Assembly: GCF_000981445.1 (NCBI RefSeq)
Contig: NC_027216.1
Location: 1,302,001 to 1,366,000 of the forward strand
Direction: 5' to 3'
Source of the DNA: Babesia bigemina
Lineage: Eukaryota
Length of the DNA stretch: 64,000 bases
Position numbers and translations under genes: made by a program. Below, piece by piece: positions 37,693-49,686 of the stretch. The notes under the pieces were generated by a model. The model saw only the letters and a program-made list of their open reading frames with translations, was not told the DNA's origin and did not search any database. The first letter of the stretch is position 1. Each line of letters begins with the position of its first letter.

Positions 37693-37951
37693 CGACGCAC
37701 ATAAATTTATGTTTACTACCCTGATAATCGCCGCAGATCCACGCGGTCGGCTGCACATCCTTTTCGCCTGGTGCGCGGCATCACTGCCATATTGGGAGGT
37801 TTTCAGTTGGAATCCTTATGGCAAGTCTTCTTCACAGCCAACGCAGCGCAGTAGAAAAATTAAAATCGTAATAAATCTACGTAATAGCATTCGGACACCT
37901 ATTACAAGCCCGCAACAGGCATTCGTCAACTGGACAATCCCAACGGTAGTT

Positions 37952-40157
37952 ATGGAAACAAACATCGTAAAATCGCGCAAAAGTCGCGCAGCTAAAGGTA
38001 CAAATGCGGTAGCACGTAAGAAGGATCGTATGTCTGGAGGTAACCGCGGCAGGAAAAAGACGAAGGTGGCAGCCTTGAGCACCGACAGGGACGTGGAAGG
38101 TAATGAGGATGGAGTGGAGTATGGTGTGGAGGAAGCAGACAACTTGGAAGGCGAAGAGTCTGATGCTATGATCGGCTCAGAATCAGATGAAGGATCGGAC
38201 GCGGATTCAGATGGCGCTGTAAGCGATGACTCTGAGCCTTCTGATCTCTCTGATTACGATATGGACGTCAGCGAAGAAGAATCGGACAGTGATGAGGAAC
38301 CAGATGATGTTGAGTTTTCAGATGATGAGGACTCCGATTCCGAATTCGGCGACGACGTTGAAGAGGGATGTCGTGTCGTGTCGATTGAGATGGCGGAACA
38401 GTTAGTGAAGCAGGCCCAAAAGCAGAGTGATGGGGCTATACGCCGCCTTGTAGTGGTTTATGGCTCATTTATACGTCGTTCGGTTCACTACGGATCATCA
38501 CCCGCCGATTCGGCCAAGGCGGCCGGCAGTATGGCTAAGGTAGACAGTAGGGGCAAACGACGTCGTAATGAACGTGGCATGAAGGCTAGCCGCGGCTTAT
38601 CGTCCATGTTAACAAACGTTCCCAATCGTTATGCCCCATCAAATTCTGAAGTTTACCACTATGTGGTGCTTGAAGCGTGCTCTATTGTGGAGCAGTATGT
38701 ACGTGCGACGGAGCTGTCGTTCACCAACGAGCGGATCGTCGATGTGATCCGATTGTTCCGCAGGTTTTTGTCTTCCGCGTTACTGCAGCTGGCATACAGG
38801 TTCGAAGACGTTGACCTGTGCCGCTGCGCTTTAAATGTGATCGGCAGTGACGCGGTGATGCCGTGGGTGGTGACTCTTAAGAGTTTGCACAAGGAGGTTG
38901 TGAAGCTTGCGTGCTCTCTGCTGACACATCACAAAGAGCAAAAGGTCCGTATCTACTCCTTTCAAGTGCTTCGGCGTTACTTAGCTTGCGTCTTGGAAAG
39001 CAATTACCATCGCATCCAGATTTCGCAGTCGCCGGCAACAGGGTTAAAGATCGAGCGGTTGTCGTCACAGCAGGCTCGTGCTTTTAGCAACAGCAGCATA
39101 AATTTCTTGTTGAACCGCAGTTACAGAACTCAGATTTCTGCGTCAAGCATCGAAAGAACACTAAAGAATTTCGGTCTTTTCAAGCTAAGCCAGAACTGTT
39201 TAGCCGAGCTGTACAGTAGCATGCCCGGTGCTAACCTGTACGCATTTGCCTTCAAGAGCATTCGTGACCTGGGGGTAAACGTTCGTCGCGAATGGATGTC
39301 CGCTAACGACCGAAAGAAGCGTGAGCGCGCCCCGGCGAAGGTCTCGAGTAGCCACAGCATTGTGCTGCCTGTATATTCCTGGGGATTTGTAGAGGCAGTT
39401 AACGTGTGGGTAACCGTTGTGGTTCGGTGTCGTGACCGTTTGGATGCTCTGGCGTATCCCCTAGTTACCGTCATCACTGGCGCAGTGAAAGTTAAGCTGC
39501 CACAGATTGGTTACATGCCCTTCATCCTGCACATGTTAACAGCACAAAACCAATTATCAGATGGATTGGAGCGTTTCGTGCCCATCATGTCGTGCATATT
39601 CCACCTACTGGAGCAATTGCGCACGAAGGACATCAATAAGCTTCGTCGACAGGAGGCGGAAGAATCACGCAAGTTGCTGGACAACGTTGATGACATCATG
39701 GTCCGCTTGCGTCTGACTAAGAAGCAGTTGCATGCCAGCGAGACGTATCGTATGCTGTACAGACACGTGTCGCTTCTGTTAACGGACCACGTGGGACTGC
39801 TGTCTCTGCACCCCAGCTTCCCCGAGTTTATTGTTCCGGTTAGGGCTTTCCTGAACCGTTACATGAAAGCTAGCAGGGTAAGTATGCATAACGTTATGGC
39901 ATAATGAGATTCAGATCGATCCAAGTTTTCGCAGTTTCGCCAGCAAACTGCTGTCGCTGATCGAGGAGTCGGCCTCGCTGATACGCGAGAAACGCGCTAA
40001 CCTGGACATGGAGACACGGGCCACCCCGCGTTTGAAATTGCTGGAGGCCGAGGCAAAGCAGATACCTGTGTATCGCTTCCGTATGTCGCAGCTCCTGATG
40101 TACCAGCACCTCAGCCGCGCCAAGGTCGAAGGCACGGTGTCTGCGGCCCAGTTGTAG
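37952..40157 (+). CDS. NOC2: Nucleolar complex protein 2, 2 exons
   Basis: Basic then acidic N-terminus; QNCLAELY...YAFAFKSIRDLG, VYSWGFV, LAYPLV, YMPFILH and SFPEFIVP are Noc2 motifs. Intron 39878-39914. Confidence 0.9.
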
Positions 40158-40159
40158 TC

Positions 40160-43100
40160 TCACGTGTACTCCAGATGAAGGGATTGGAACGTATTCTCCA
40201 GAGCAGTGAGCACCTTTCCAGTTCGTACCCTCTTGTAGAATATGGGGCAATCGCGGTTGTCGCAGATTACCTCGTTGTGCAAGCTGCCCTGGCAGCGTTG
40301 GCACTGCGACCAGAGTTCGAAGTAATCGGCCTCTTTCTGCCGCCGCTCTTCGAACTTTTGTAGCATCACCTGCGCAATGTTACAACGGTGCGACATAAAA
40401 ACAGGTTTCCATGTAGATAAACACGTATTCATTGGACACATTTCACGTGTAGTGTGGCGATGCTTAGGCGTCGGGGCATTACGGGTTTTGCACGAAGGTT
40501 TGCTCACGCATCAGAGCCAAAACAACCGATTACACGACTTTCTATAATTCTAATGCATCCGACTGGCGTATTGCTGCCGTGTATGGGACGGAAAGCAGAG
40601 ATCAACATTCTGATAAAACGCCAAACCCAGCATCATTGCCACATTTTTGGCTACATTACGCCGAGACGATTCGTTTACAAAATGAATTTACACCATAGAC
40701 ATGCAAAAACGCAACGTCAACAAAAAATCATTTCACGCATGACTCACCTGTTGCCGTTTGCTCTTGCTACAGTGGTCGCAGAAGGGTGGAACCTTGATGA
40801 CGCTTTTGCAACCGAGGCACCGCTCGACCTTCTTCATGAACATTGAGAGCGCGCTGTCGCATGAGGAGCTCATGGTGATGTAGCGAGTGTGTTCCCCACT
40901 GAATAGCGATTCCGGGTTGGGCATGATAACCTCGAATATACGCATAAGGGTCGACTTGATCGCGTCCAAGTAGTGCTGAGTATCCACGGGAATGTTGTTC
41001 TCAACTACATACAGCGGCTCTTCCGCTCTGTCAAACTGAGGTTGCCCCTTGGTGCCTTTTACAATGAGGTAGCTGACACGGTCTCCCACGGATGGCGCCT
41101 TGCCGGGGTCACGGTTGCGGAGCTTTTTAGCAAGCTCTACGTGCGGCAAGCGCGCATCGTAATCCACCTTTCCAAGTGACTTGGTGACAACCAGAAGACT
41201 TATGTCGATTTCGTTGCGCAGAAGTTGGCTGATCTTGCTCTTGACGAACTCGATCGCACCGTTCAGGTCAAGGTCGACCAGCAGCATGTGCAGGATTTTT
41301 TCCATCATCTGTTGGACGAGGAGGCAGAAATCACGCCTGACGGTTTCAATGCCCTTGCAGTCGATTTTGTCGTACGTTTTCGCATTTGTGTAATACAGGC
41401 CAGCGTAACGCTTCTTGGCCAGAAGCAGCAGCGGCAGGTACACTTTCTCGAAAACGAGCGTGATTGGTTTTACGGCCTCACTGGTAACCTTGGTGGCGGC
41501 TTCTACACCAAGCTCGATGGCTCGCGATATCTCTTTGCATCCGAAGTTGATCATGACGGAATCGGTATCACCGTAGACGACCTTCGCGTCGGCCTCGTAG
41601 CCATTGGCTAGCGTGAAGTACTTTTCAATCTTCTCCTTCGTGTTGACGATCATGAAACGACCGAACGATGTGATCGCCGTGGCGACTTCCACACAGGGGA
41701 GGAAGCCACTTGTGGAGGCACCGGTGTATCCGTACACGGAATTCGTTGTGATCTTCAACGCCAGCTGCCTGCCGTCGAGAACGCTCTTCAAGATGGGATC
41801 TGTACAAGTTTTCATTTCCTCCTTGGTTTTCTTGCGCGCCTCGATTAGCTTCTCAACAATAAGTGGAAGCATCCCCTTGCGCACGTGCGCCTTTATGAAA
41901 TGCAGCCCCGGATGTCCTGGTACCGACGTTAGGTCATCCGGAGAATACCTGGCAATGTCGGAAGGCGGTACAATGGTGGAGTAGCACAGGTTGTGCGCTA
42001 TCATGATCGAGGGGTATAGCGACTGGAAATCCAGCACCGCAATAGGATTTCTGTGGTATCCTTTCTGCGGGTCAAGGACAGTTCCACCTTCGTATGTGCC
42101 TTCATTTGACCATCCTCTCTGTGCAGCGTTGACGACGGGTACAGCGTACCCCATCAGTTTGCACTGGCTGTAGATCTGCATGGTAACTCTGATTTGCTGT
42201 CCTCGGTTGATCAGCATCTTGATAGGAGTGAAGGTTACTCTTGCCATCTCGACATAGTTATACAGCAGCAGGAGCTTATCGATGAGCTGTAGTGGGAGAA
42301 CGGAATCCTTCAGACAGTAGCTTGCGATACGTCGCCTGTCGGCAGGCGAGCCCAGTTGCAGCTTTGATAGCGTGGAGTGGTGCACATCCTCCTTCTGTTG
42401 CTTGAGGAACTCGAAGGAAACGTAGTTGAGCGTGTACGACTTGAGCTTGTGGTCTCTCCTCACGAGGTCGTAAACATCGAAAATGATGCGTCCCTCTACG
42501 TTGATTTCCTTGTTCTCGTAGGTGCCGAGCGTGTTGTTGGACTGTATGACGTCGCGCACACTAGTGTTGATACGTGCGATCCGCGGCAGCTGCGTGAACT
42601 TCTCCAGATGCAGCGCATTCGCGCGGTTGATGAGGTACGGAATGTCGAAGTTCACGATGTTGTATCCCGTCAGGAAGTCAGGGTCCACTGCAGTGAAAAA
42701 GAGCTTCCACGCCAAAAGCAGGTCCTCCTCCCGGTCAAAGCAGAGCACATGTGCGCCGTGCAGCGCGTCACATTCATTAAGCGTGAATACAAACTTCTGC
42801 GCGGTATCCAGTTTGTCGCCATGGGTGTGGAGAACAGATGCAATTTGGATCACGGGGTCGTTGTTGGCATTGGGGAAACCGGGACCCGTGAATTTGACGC
42901 ACTCAATATCGAACGAAAGAGTCCTGATGGGTCCTATCGACTGCCACTCGCCTTCTATTGGCATGGGCTTGAGGTTCTCGAAGTCGGTCGTAACCTCGAT
43001 GCTGCAGTGGCTGCTCTTGTTTTTCTCGACTGTGAACGTTCCCTCCGGCAGTTGCAACCAGCACCCGCCTGTGATGTTAGCGTCCAGCAAAAACCTCAGG

Positions 43101-43756
43101 ACATAAGGCAGGTTCGCTTCGCAGACCTGACGTGGAAACGAAATGCGCATAGTGTTTCCGCTGCCCGGCAGATCCATCACGGGCAGTGCCACCCCTGACT
43201 CCAAGAAGCTACGAAGTGCTGCGACCATGCGCGGGAGCGTCGTTGTGATCTTCAGGAAGTCGCGCTCGCCGTTGGGCTGGTAGGTCATGAGGGGTTTAAT
43301 GCGAACGACTTTGATGTTCACGACAAAGCGGCACGTCTTCTTGAAGGCCGGCTGGTCCATCAGGTGCTTGTTGAAGAAGTCCATCAACAAGGGTATGTGT
43401 TCCTCCCTGAAGTTATGAGGCTTTTCGACGTAGAAGTATGGCATGAACTTGCGCACGTTTACCAGCACGCTGTGCTGATCCCGTGTCACACCGTACAGGC
43501 GGATCACGGGCACTTCCGCGAACTTCGGCTGGCTTCTGCTGCTGTCCATGATACTGGAACAGTCATCCATATCGACCCTTTCAAAGCGGCTTGTGTAATC
43601 CGCATCGGTTTGGAACATAATAATCTCGCGGAGAGAGTCCACGTTGACCGGTGTCCGCGAGAAGCGCTGGAAAAATTCATGGCAGTTGACTCCATCGAGC
43701 GTGCGCAAGCTCTGGACGTTAACCGCGTCCTGATACTGCGTAGGGGTCGCCATCAT
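40160..43756 (-). CDS. POLD1: DNA polymerase delta catalytic subunit, 2 exons
   Basis: SFDIEC, GYNIVNFD, LDFQSLYPSIMIAHNLCYST, KITTNSVYG, YGDTDS, KKRYAG; C-terminal CysA/CysB (CQRCQG...CDNRDCPIFY). 378-nt intron 40370-40747. Confidence 0.98.
40508..40639 (-). ncRNA. Candidate intronic box C/D snoRNA
   Basis: Within the POLD1 intron: gca-ATGATGC (C-like box) ... CTGA-tgc (D box), 3-bp terminal stem, and internal hairpin tggcgt/acgcca. Confidence 0.35.
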
Positions 43757-44389
43757 GTCACGGTTAGGCAGTTTCACTTTTTGTAGATATAGACAGCAAT
43801 AGGTCTACGTATCATGTCCTGCTTTCTTACTGCATGGGCGTAAACGGTAGGAACGCTTTCACGGTGTAGAGAGTCGTGTTCTCACACGCTGTTGGCCTCG
43901 GCGTCGTGTCAGCGGTGAGATGTGCAACTGCCTCCTAAACCACTACTTGAACAAATCCTTTTCCACGCCAGACAAGGCAGGAGTGGCGTCACATTCACAC
44001 ACCTGATATTATTATACACTCTTCATTTCCACTCCAGGTGCTAGGGGTTCTTTCGGAGCACAACGGCGGCGAAGCTGGCGATGTTGTTACCGTTGTGACC
44101 GTCGGTGGAAAGTCATCTATTCTACCACGGTTATTTCACACACATCGGAGATTCATAGTCGGCATGTACAAACAGGCACATTGCAAACTAGTGGCTCGTA
44201 TACATTGACAAAAGACATGGCAGCATATGTAAACGCCGCTCCCATTCCTGTGGTGGTGTGTTGCTATGGGTGTGGATCGACAGTAGCACGTACCTCAAGT
44301 TATGCGCTGACACAGGCATAGTTTGCAGGTTTTTTCAGTGGTTGGAAGTCTCTATAGGCAGCTCTGGACGAGCTGCGGGGCTTCGAGCC

Positions 44390-45471
44390 ATGGACTTCAT
44401 CCGCAAAGCGCTCGCGGCCAACTGCCGTCTAGACGGCCGCCGTCTGGATGCGCAACCATCTTTGACGGTGGAATCCAACGTTTCAGATGTTGCCCATGGA
44501 AGTTGCCGTGTCACTCTGGACGACACGGTGGTCATCACGACGGTATCGGTTGGTTCTCTATGGTGTTATTGTCTTCTGTTGACTTTCCGCTTATCAACGG
44601 CGAGGCATCATCACGTTGCGTTATCTTGCCTTATACACCAATCTGCCGGACATTGTTGGTACAATTCTGCCTGTCATTCATGTATTCGTGTTTAGGAAAA
44701 GCATTGTCGACTTTAGACCACTGCTGTACCGTTGCCAAATGCAGACGAATTACATATTTGGTTTGTATCGTAGCTTATATGGAACTGTTGCGGCATGAAC
44801 GTGTTATCCAGCCTCACATTTCGCAGTTTACTGTTTCTGCGCCGTCCCAGGATGCTCCCGACGAGGGGACTGTCGAGATTACCCTCGGATCGCCGTTCAG
44901 CCTTGAGGACGCTGAGGTGTCGCATAAGCGCGACGAACGTTGGGAGCGCACCCTTGAATGGCTGCAGTTTCAACGACAGCGTTTTGACCGGCGGCTACTC
45001 TGCATCCTCAGCGGACAGTTCAGCTGGGCGGTGCGACTGCACAGCACAGTACTGCAGCGCGGGGGCGCCTTCCTCGACGCGATAAGCATCGGAATGGTGA
45101 TTGCGTTGCGCACCGCTCGCGTACCCAACGTACAGGTGCTCATCAGAGACGAGCTTGAGCGCTCCAGGCGCGGAGCCAACGTACGCGTGAGGCTTGCCGA
45201 GGGGTACAACCTGGACCTGCAGAAACTCGCGCTACAGCTCCCCATATGTGTTACCGTCGCCAAAATAGCCGACTATCACGTTTGGGCGGTTACGCACGAG
45301 GAGGCTGAATGCGCCGACGGCTTCCTTACCGTGGCGGTGTCGCCAGAAGGGCGCTGCATAGGCATGACTGCCGTGGGCTCATGCTTTCAGCTGCCATCCA
45401 TCGCAACCCTCGTGGAAAAGGCCTGCCGCGTGGGAGTCGAACAGCACCAGTATATACTTAGCGCGGTGTAG
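44390..45471 (+). CDS. Exosome complex RNase PH-like subunit (RRP42/RRP43/RRP45 family), 2 exons
   Basis: CRLDGRR...AHGSCRVTLDDTVVI; PDEG.VEI; LCILSGQFSW; GGAFLDAISIG..ALRTARVP; LPICVT. 278-nt intron 44549-44826. Confidence 0.88.
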
Positions 45472-45579
45472 AGCGCTTTAAGAACACATACCATTCAATG
45501 CAGCGCACGCTAACCTGTTCACTTATGTGTGGTAAAGTTGTGCGCCATTTTGGGCGTTACGCAATTTGTAATGCCCATG

Positions 45580-48500
45580 CTACGCCGGATCCAGCTTGAC
45601 AGTGTCAGGGATATCGCTCAAGTAATACAGGGGACTCTGCTCTAGCACCTTTTGCATCGCTGCGAAGTTTTTGTGGTACTGAGCTAGGGAGTCCTTCATG
45701 GTACCAATACGGGGCTTTATGCTGCGCATACGCTTGTATCGGTCCTTCATCGCGGGGTGAACGGGCCTGGAAAAATTAGCGCCGCGCGGCCGTCTGCTGC
45801 GTTTGGGGGAGGCGATGTGGTGTGGCAACTTGCCCGTGGGGAGCTCGATCTTGGGGACTAGCTCGGGGCATGCTGATAGCTCGTTAACGTAAGGTGGCAA
45901 CTTTAGCTTTATGCGCCAACATTCGTATTCCTGGCAATGCGCCCTAGCAGCGTAGAACACGAGGTCCAGAACGTCGGGTCCGGATAAACCCAAGGCCCTT
46001 GTCAAATCTTCAGCGTTCCACACCGTGTTAAGGAAGAGGTTTAAGTAAGCCATGAACACGAAACGCGCTGCACGGTCATCCAGGGCTTCCACGGCCACCA
46101 TGCGCAGGGATTTACGCAGGATGCTGTCTCGCTTATATTCCATCGTCCAGGGCTTTAATGGCGTCGTATCGGGGTCCTCGGGTACGCCGAAATCGTCGAA
46201 ATCTTGTAAATGGGCCACGTACAGTCCGCGTTTACGTTTAAAACGGTTCGCCTTGTCGGAGAATGCCACGATCTTGGGCCCGGATATTTCGCGAATTTTG
46301 GAAGCGTCCAAGGCTTCTTGTATGGCGTCCATCGAAACATTTAGCCGTGCGCTCATCTCTTCCTCGATGAGCCTCTCAATTTGTACAGATTTAGCTCCGG
46401 ATTCCGCGGTGCCTTCTTTTGTGTTGACGTTGGCTAACTCCACCTCAACTACGCGTTGGGCAAAGTGGTCGTCCTTGTAAGGGTCCTTGTTGAATGGAAT
46501 CCCTAGCTCGGCAGCTCGCCGTACTTCATAAGCTATGCGACTCTTCAGCATGAACAGTTCGGTATAGAGCACCTTCGCACGTTTGGCTAAACGGTATGTA
46601 CCGATCGGCAGGTGTTCAGGGAGCTTCGCCTTGAGGAGGTCGTGTCGGGCGGCGCTGCAGGAAATCCCATAGAGCTGGCCCACAACCTTTTCGCCGTGCG
46701 CTGCCAAGGTATTCAAATGGATCGAGCAGATCCTTTGCCACAACATCTCTTTGACTATGGAGTGAGTTTTCCACATGTGTGGGTCAAGAGGCGTCAGTGG
46801 AGTCCGCGGATATTTCCTCCGGAAGCCAGCATCGGATTCCAACTTCATTAGCACAACATCACCCAGCGATTTCGAGAAGAGCTCGAAACACTGTTTCGTG
46901 TATGAAGTCAAAATGCTGAGGCTCATCTCAAGTTTCCTGGGGTCATCGTGGCCCAGCGAGAAAGCCATTTCCCCAATGGTCGGCGGCCTACCCAGCAAGG
47001 TGGTAAGCAAATCGACACTGTTACGTAAAACAACCTCATCCTTTACCAATTTGAAAATCTTAGCCAGTTTGTGACGAACCTTCCGCGGCAGTTCGGTTGC
47101 CTCACCCTCGTAATATATGGTGTCTTTCATGTCATCTTCAAAAAAATTCGATCGCACCACCACATTGCGAAGGTGCTGTCGCAGCGTGTTCCGGTCGATA
47201 TCACCCACCGATTTACATATGAGTTTAGTTATATCTACCCCCAAAGTTAGTAAGTCCATGACACCACATGGCCCCTCAAGGTTTGTATTGAACGCGCACT
47301 CTAGTGTGGAGATGAGACTAGGCCGCAGGTACGTCTTGTACAGCGATGCCAGAAACCCGCGTGGGAGCGTGAACATGTTTACAGGTATGGTAAAGCCGAT
47401 TGTATCGTGTTGATTCGATTGTTCAGGCTCCTTACGAGAGTTGACTGAGTTGCTCAACCGCATATCGTCGACGGTAGATGTTGAGCTGGGCATTCTTTCC
47501 TGCACAACCGTTGAATTTCCTGCTTCACCAAGACCACCTTTATTCAGTTCGATTTGTTGGCATTCCTTTTTCTTATGTGACCTTTTAGTTTTTGTAGGAA
47601 CCGATAGAAGCAGGCAATCAAAACCATGGTGGTATTCAGACGCCAGATTCACAGCCACATCATCCCTGCTACGATAAAACATGTAATCAGCTCTATCAGA
47701 TCCGTCTTGAATGATGCTTCTGGTCATTCCAGATGATTCAGATGCCGTTTGAATGGCCTGCATGGATGATTGTGGTAGATCGTTGAGTGTATGTTCTAGT
47801 GGTGTATTGCCTAGCACGTCAGACTCGTCCGTAGATACTGACGCTTCCAATACAGGTGTTGAAGTGCTTCCGACATCTGTATCCCACGCGTTGGTGGATC
47901 CGATATCGTAAACGGGGTGGTCGTCTTTTTCTTTCGGCAGATTGTTCTTGAACAACTCGCAGTGCTCTGAACTGTCGACATTGTCACCTGCGATGAATCC
48001 AGCACAATCATCGCTTTTCGATTTTGGATGTGAAGGTTGTTCCACTTTGTCATGCTCCGGTTTGGGGATTTTGCCATCAACAGGTAAGAAGATCGCCGAG
48101 ATGCGTTTGCGACGAACCATTGATTGTAGGGCATTAAGCTGTTCATTACTAGCCAATACTTGCACATCATTTATAGGATGTGGTATAGATGACATAGATG
48201 AGGTGCTTGCGGCTTCAAGGTTGTCGCGAGTTTCATGTGCCCTTCCGTCCTCAGTCGCCTGTTGGTCATTGCGCTGTTCGACAGTACCAGGGCCAATCTG
48301 CTGAGATTTTGCAGAACCCATTACAATGTCGCCTCCATCTCTATTAGACAGTGAATTTACATTATTTGAGCCGTCACTTTGGCTCACAGCATTGCTATCA
48401 CCTTGACATCTATAAACATGCTGCTCCGAATGTTCAACGTCGGTACCCTCGTTAAAATGCAAACTTTCCCGATGCGCGTTATTCGCATTCCCCACTCTGC

Positions 48501-49458
48501 TTGCAATTATATCGCGTAAAGAAGCTATATTTGCATACGGCGAACCTAGCTTTTGATAGAGCACCGAAACAACCTCACGAGTTTTGATCCTATGTTGATC
48601 GGAGAACAACGAGTTCAACACATGCAAACGGCGATTAGATATTGCCGCGACATTACCTTCTCTCGCTTTTGAGCCCTCCTGCGTATTTGTGGACGGCTCA
48701 ATGATTTCGGGAACCACATCCACATTTTCCTCCGCTCTGTCATCAGACCACTCTGCTTCAACTACAGTTGCGTTATCCCTCGTTTGCAAGAGACCGTCAC
48801 GTTTTTCCTGCGCACCCAAAGCGTTAGCGCTAGGTCTACCCCCGTCATTTTCTTTAGTGGTGGTTGCATCGCCACCATGGACAGACAATGCAGCAACTGC
48901 ATTGCTCCCTTTAGCGGCTTTCAAGCTGTTTTCCGCAGCAGGAACGACATCACCCGTCGTACATATGCCTTGAAAATCCAGACATTTGGCCTTTTTAGCA
49001 CCAGTGTGATCCTTGTTAGGGGAGTTGTTATGTTTACTGACCTCTTCTAATGTACGATTTCTTCCAGATCGTTGTTTCGGCTGCGATTTCTTCTTCCTAA
49101 CTTCATTAGTAGCTTTGAATTCGGGTGCACCACGTATGACGTAGAGGCGGTGCCGACGAATGCCGATGCGATTGATGACTCTCCGAGTTTCGCCGGTATC
49201 ATCGACGCCTTCTGCGCACTCAACATCATGCAGCGACGTTACGCCTCCGAATCCACCGGATGCACCGTAGACTCGTCTGTTGAGCGAACTGGGCGTTGTG
49301 AATGCGATATGATTCCTCAGAATCTGCGGGACTCGAGCAGCGTCGTTGCCTGTGTAAGAGCCTCTCACCGAGGCAAAGACACGGGTATTCAGCGCGCTGG
49401 CATCATCGCCGCCAAACACGATCGCAACTATCAGCAATACCAGTCGCGCATGACGCAT
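45580..49458 (-). CDS. Apicoplast-targeted protein with divergent sigma-70-like core (putative apicoplast RNA polymerase sigma factor)
   Basis: Signal peptide plus basic transit region and long low-complexity spacer. Then LTTLLGRPPTIGEMAFSLG, HLPIGTYRLAKRAK, EEEMSARLNVSMDAIQEAL and EALDDRAARFVFMAYLNL...AEDLTRALGLS, in the order of sigma regions 1.2/NCR, 3 and 4. Confidence 0.65.
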   Translation of the reverse strand: MRHARLVLLIVAIVFGGDDASALNTRVFASVRGSYTGNDAARVPQILRNHIAFTTPSSLNRRVYGASGGFGGVTSLHDVECAEGVDDTGETRRVINRIGIRRHRLYVIRGAPEFKATNEVRKKKSQPKQRSGRNRTLEEVSKHNNSPNKDHTGAKKAKCLDFQGICTTGDVVPAAENSLKAAKGSNAVAALSVHGGDATTTKENDGGRPSANALGAQEKRDGLLQTRDNATVVEAEWSDDRAEENVDVVPEIIEPSTNTQEGSKAREGNVAAISNRRLHVLNSLFSDQHRIKTREVVSVLYQKLGSPYANIASLRDIIASRVGNANNAHRESLHFNEGTDVEHSEQHVYRCQGDSNAVSQSDGSNNVNSLSNRDGGDIVMGSAKSQQIGPGTVEQRNDQQATEDGRAHETRDNLEAASTSSMSSIPHPINDVQVLASNEQLNALQSMVRRKRISAIFLPVDGKIPKPEHDKVEQPSHPKSKSDDCAGFIAGDNVDSSEHCELFKNNLPKEKDDHPVYDIGSTNAWDTDVGSTSTPVLEASVSTDESDVLGNTPLEHTLNDLPQSSMQAIQTASESSGMTRSIIQDGSDRADYMFYRSRDDVAVNLASEYHHGFDCLLLSVPTKTKRSHKKKECQQIELNKGGLGEAGNSTVVQERMPSSTSTVDDMRLSNSVNSRKEPEQSNQHDTIGFTIPVNMFTLPRGFLASLYKTYLRPSLISTLECAFNTNLEGPCGVMDLLTLGVDITKLICKSVGDIDRNTLRQHLRNVVVRSNFFEDDMKDTIYYEGEATELPRKVRHKLAKIFKLVKDEVVLRNSVDLLTTLLGRPPTIGEMAFSLGHDDPRKLEMSLSILTSYTKQCFELFSKSLGDVVLMKLESDAGFRRKYPRTPLTPLDPHMWKTHSIVKEMLWQRICSIHLNTLAAHGEKVVGQLYGISCSAARHDLLKAKLPEHLPIGTYRLAKRAKVLYTELFMLKSRIAYEVRRAAELGIPFNKDPYKDDHFAQRVVEVELANVNTKEGTAESGAKSVQIERLIEEEMSARLNVSMDAIQEALDASKIREISGPKIVAFSDKANRFKRKRGLYVAHLQDFDDFGVPEDPDTTPLKPWTMEYKRDSILRKSLRMVAVEALDDRAARFVFMAYLNLFLNTVWNAEDLTRALGLSGPDVLDLVFYAARAHCQEYECWRIKLKLPPYVNELSACPELVPKIELPTGKLPHHIASPKRSRRPRGANFSRPVHPAMKDRYKRMRSIKPRIGTMKDSLAQYHKNFAAMQKVLEQSPLYYLSDIPDTVKLDPA

Positions 49459-49686
49459 TAACACATAGAAAGCACGTAAAGTACGGTATATACGGGTCGT
49501 GAGATTGCCACCTCCACGCGGTGGAAGGCTGGTGTCGGATTCTCGATAGATACCCGGCTGTCAGCGATTATTATCACCTAGGTACCACAGAATTATGTCA
49601 ACATTCTAATATGTAGACACCACCCCAACACCGGCGGTATACAGGTTGCGATTGCAGCCCTTTCACGGCACATCGTGCCGGAGCAG

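Noticed and set aside
40973..43786. Long antisense ORFs opposite POLD1 and other genes
   Set aside because: Shadow ORFs from GC3-rich codon usage.
2071..49458. Functional clustering of apicoplast gene-expression genes (helicase, EF-P, sigma-like)
   Set aside because: Separated by 17-25 kb of unrelated genes; compatible with chance.
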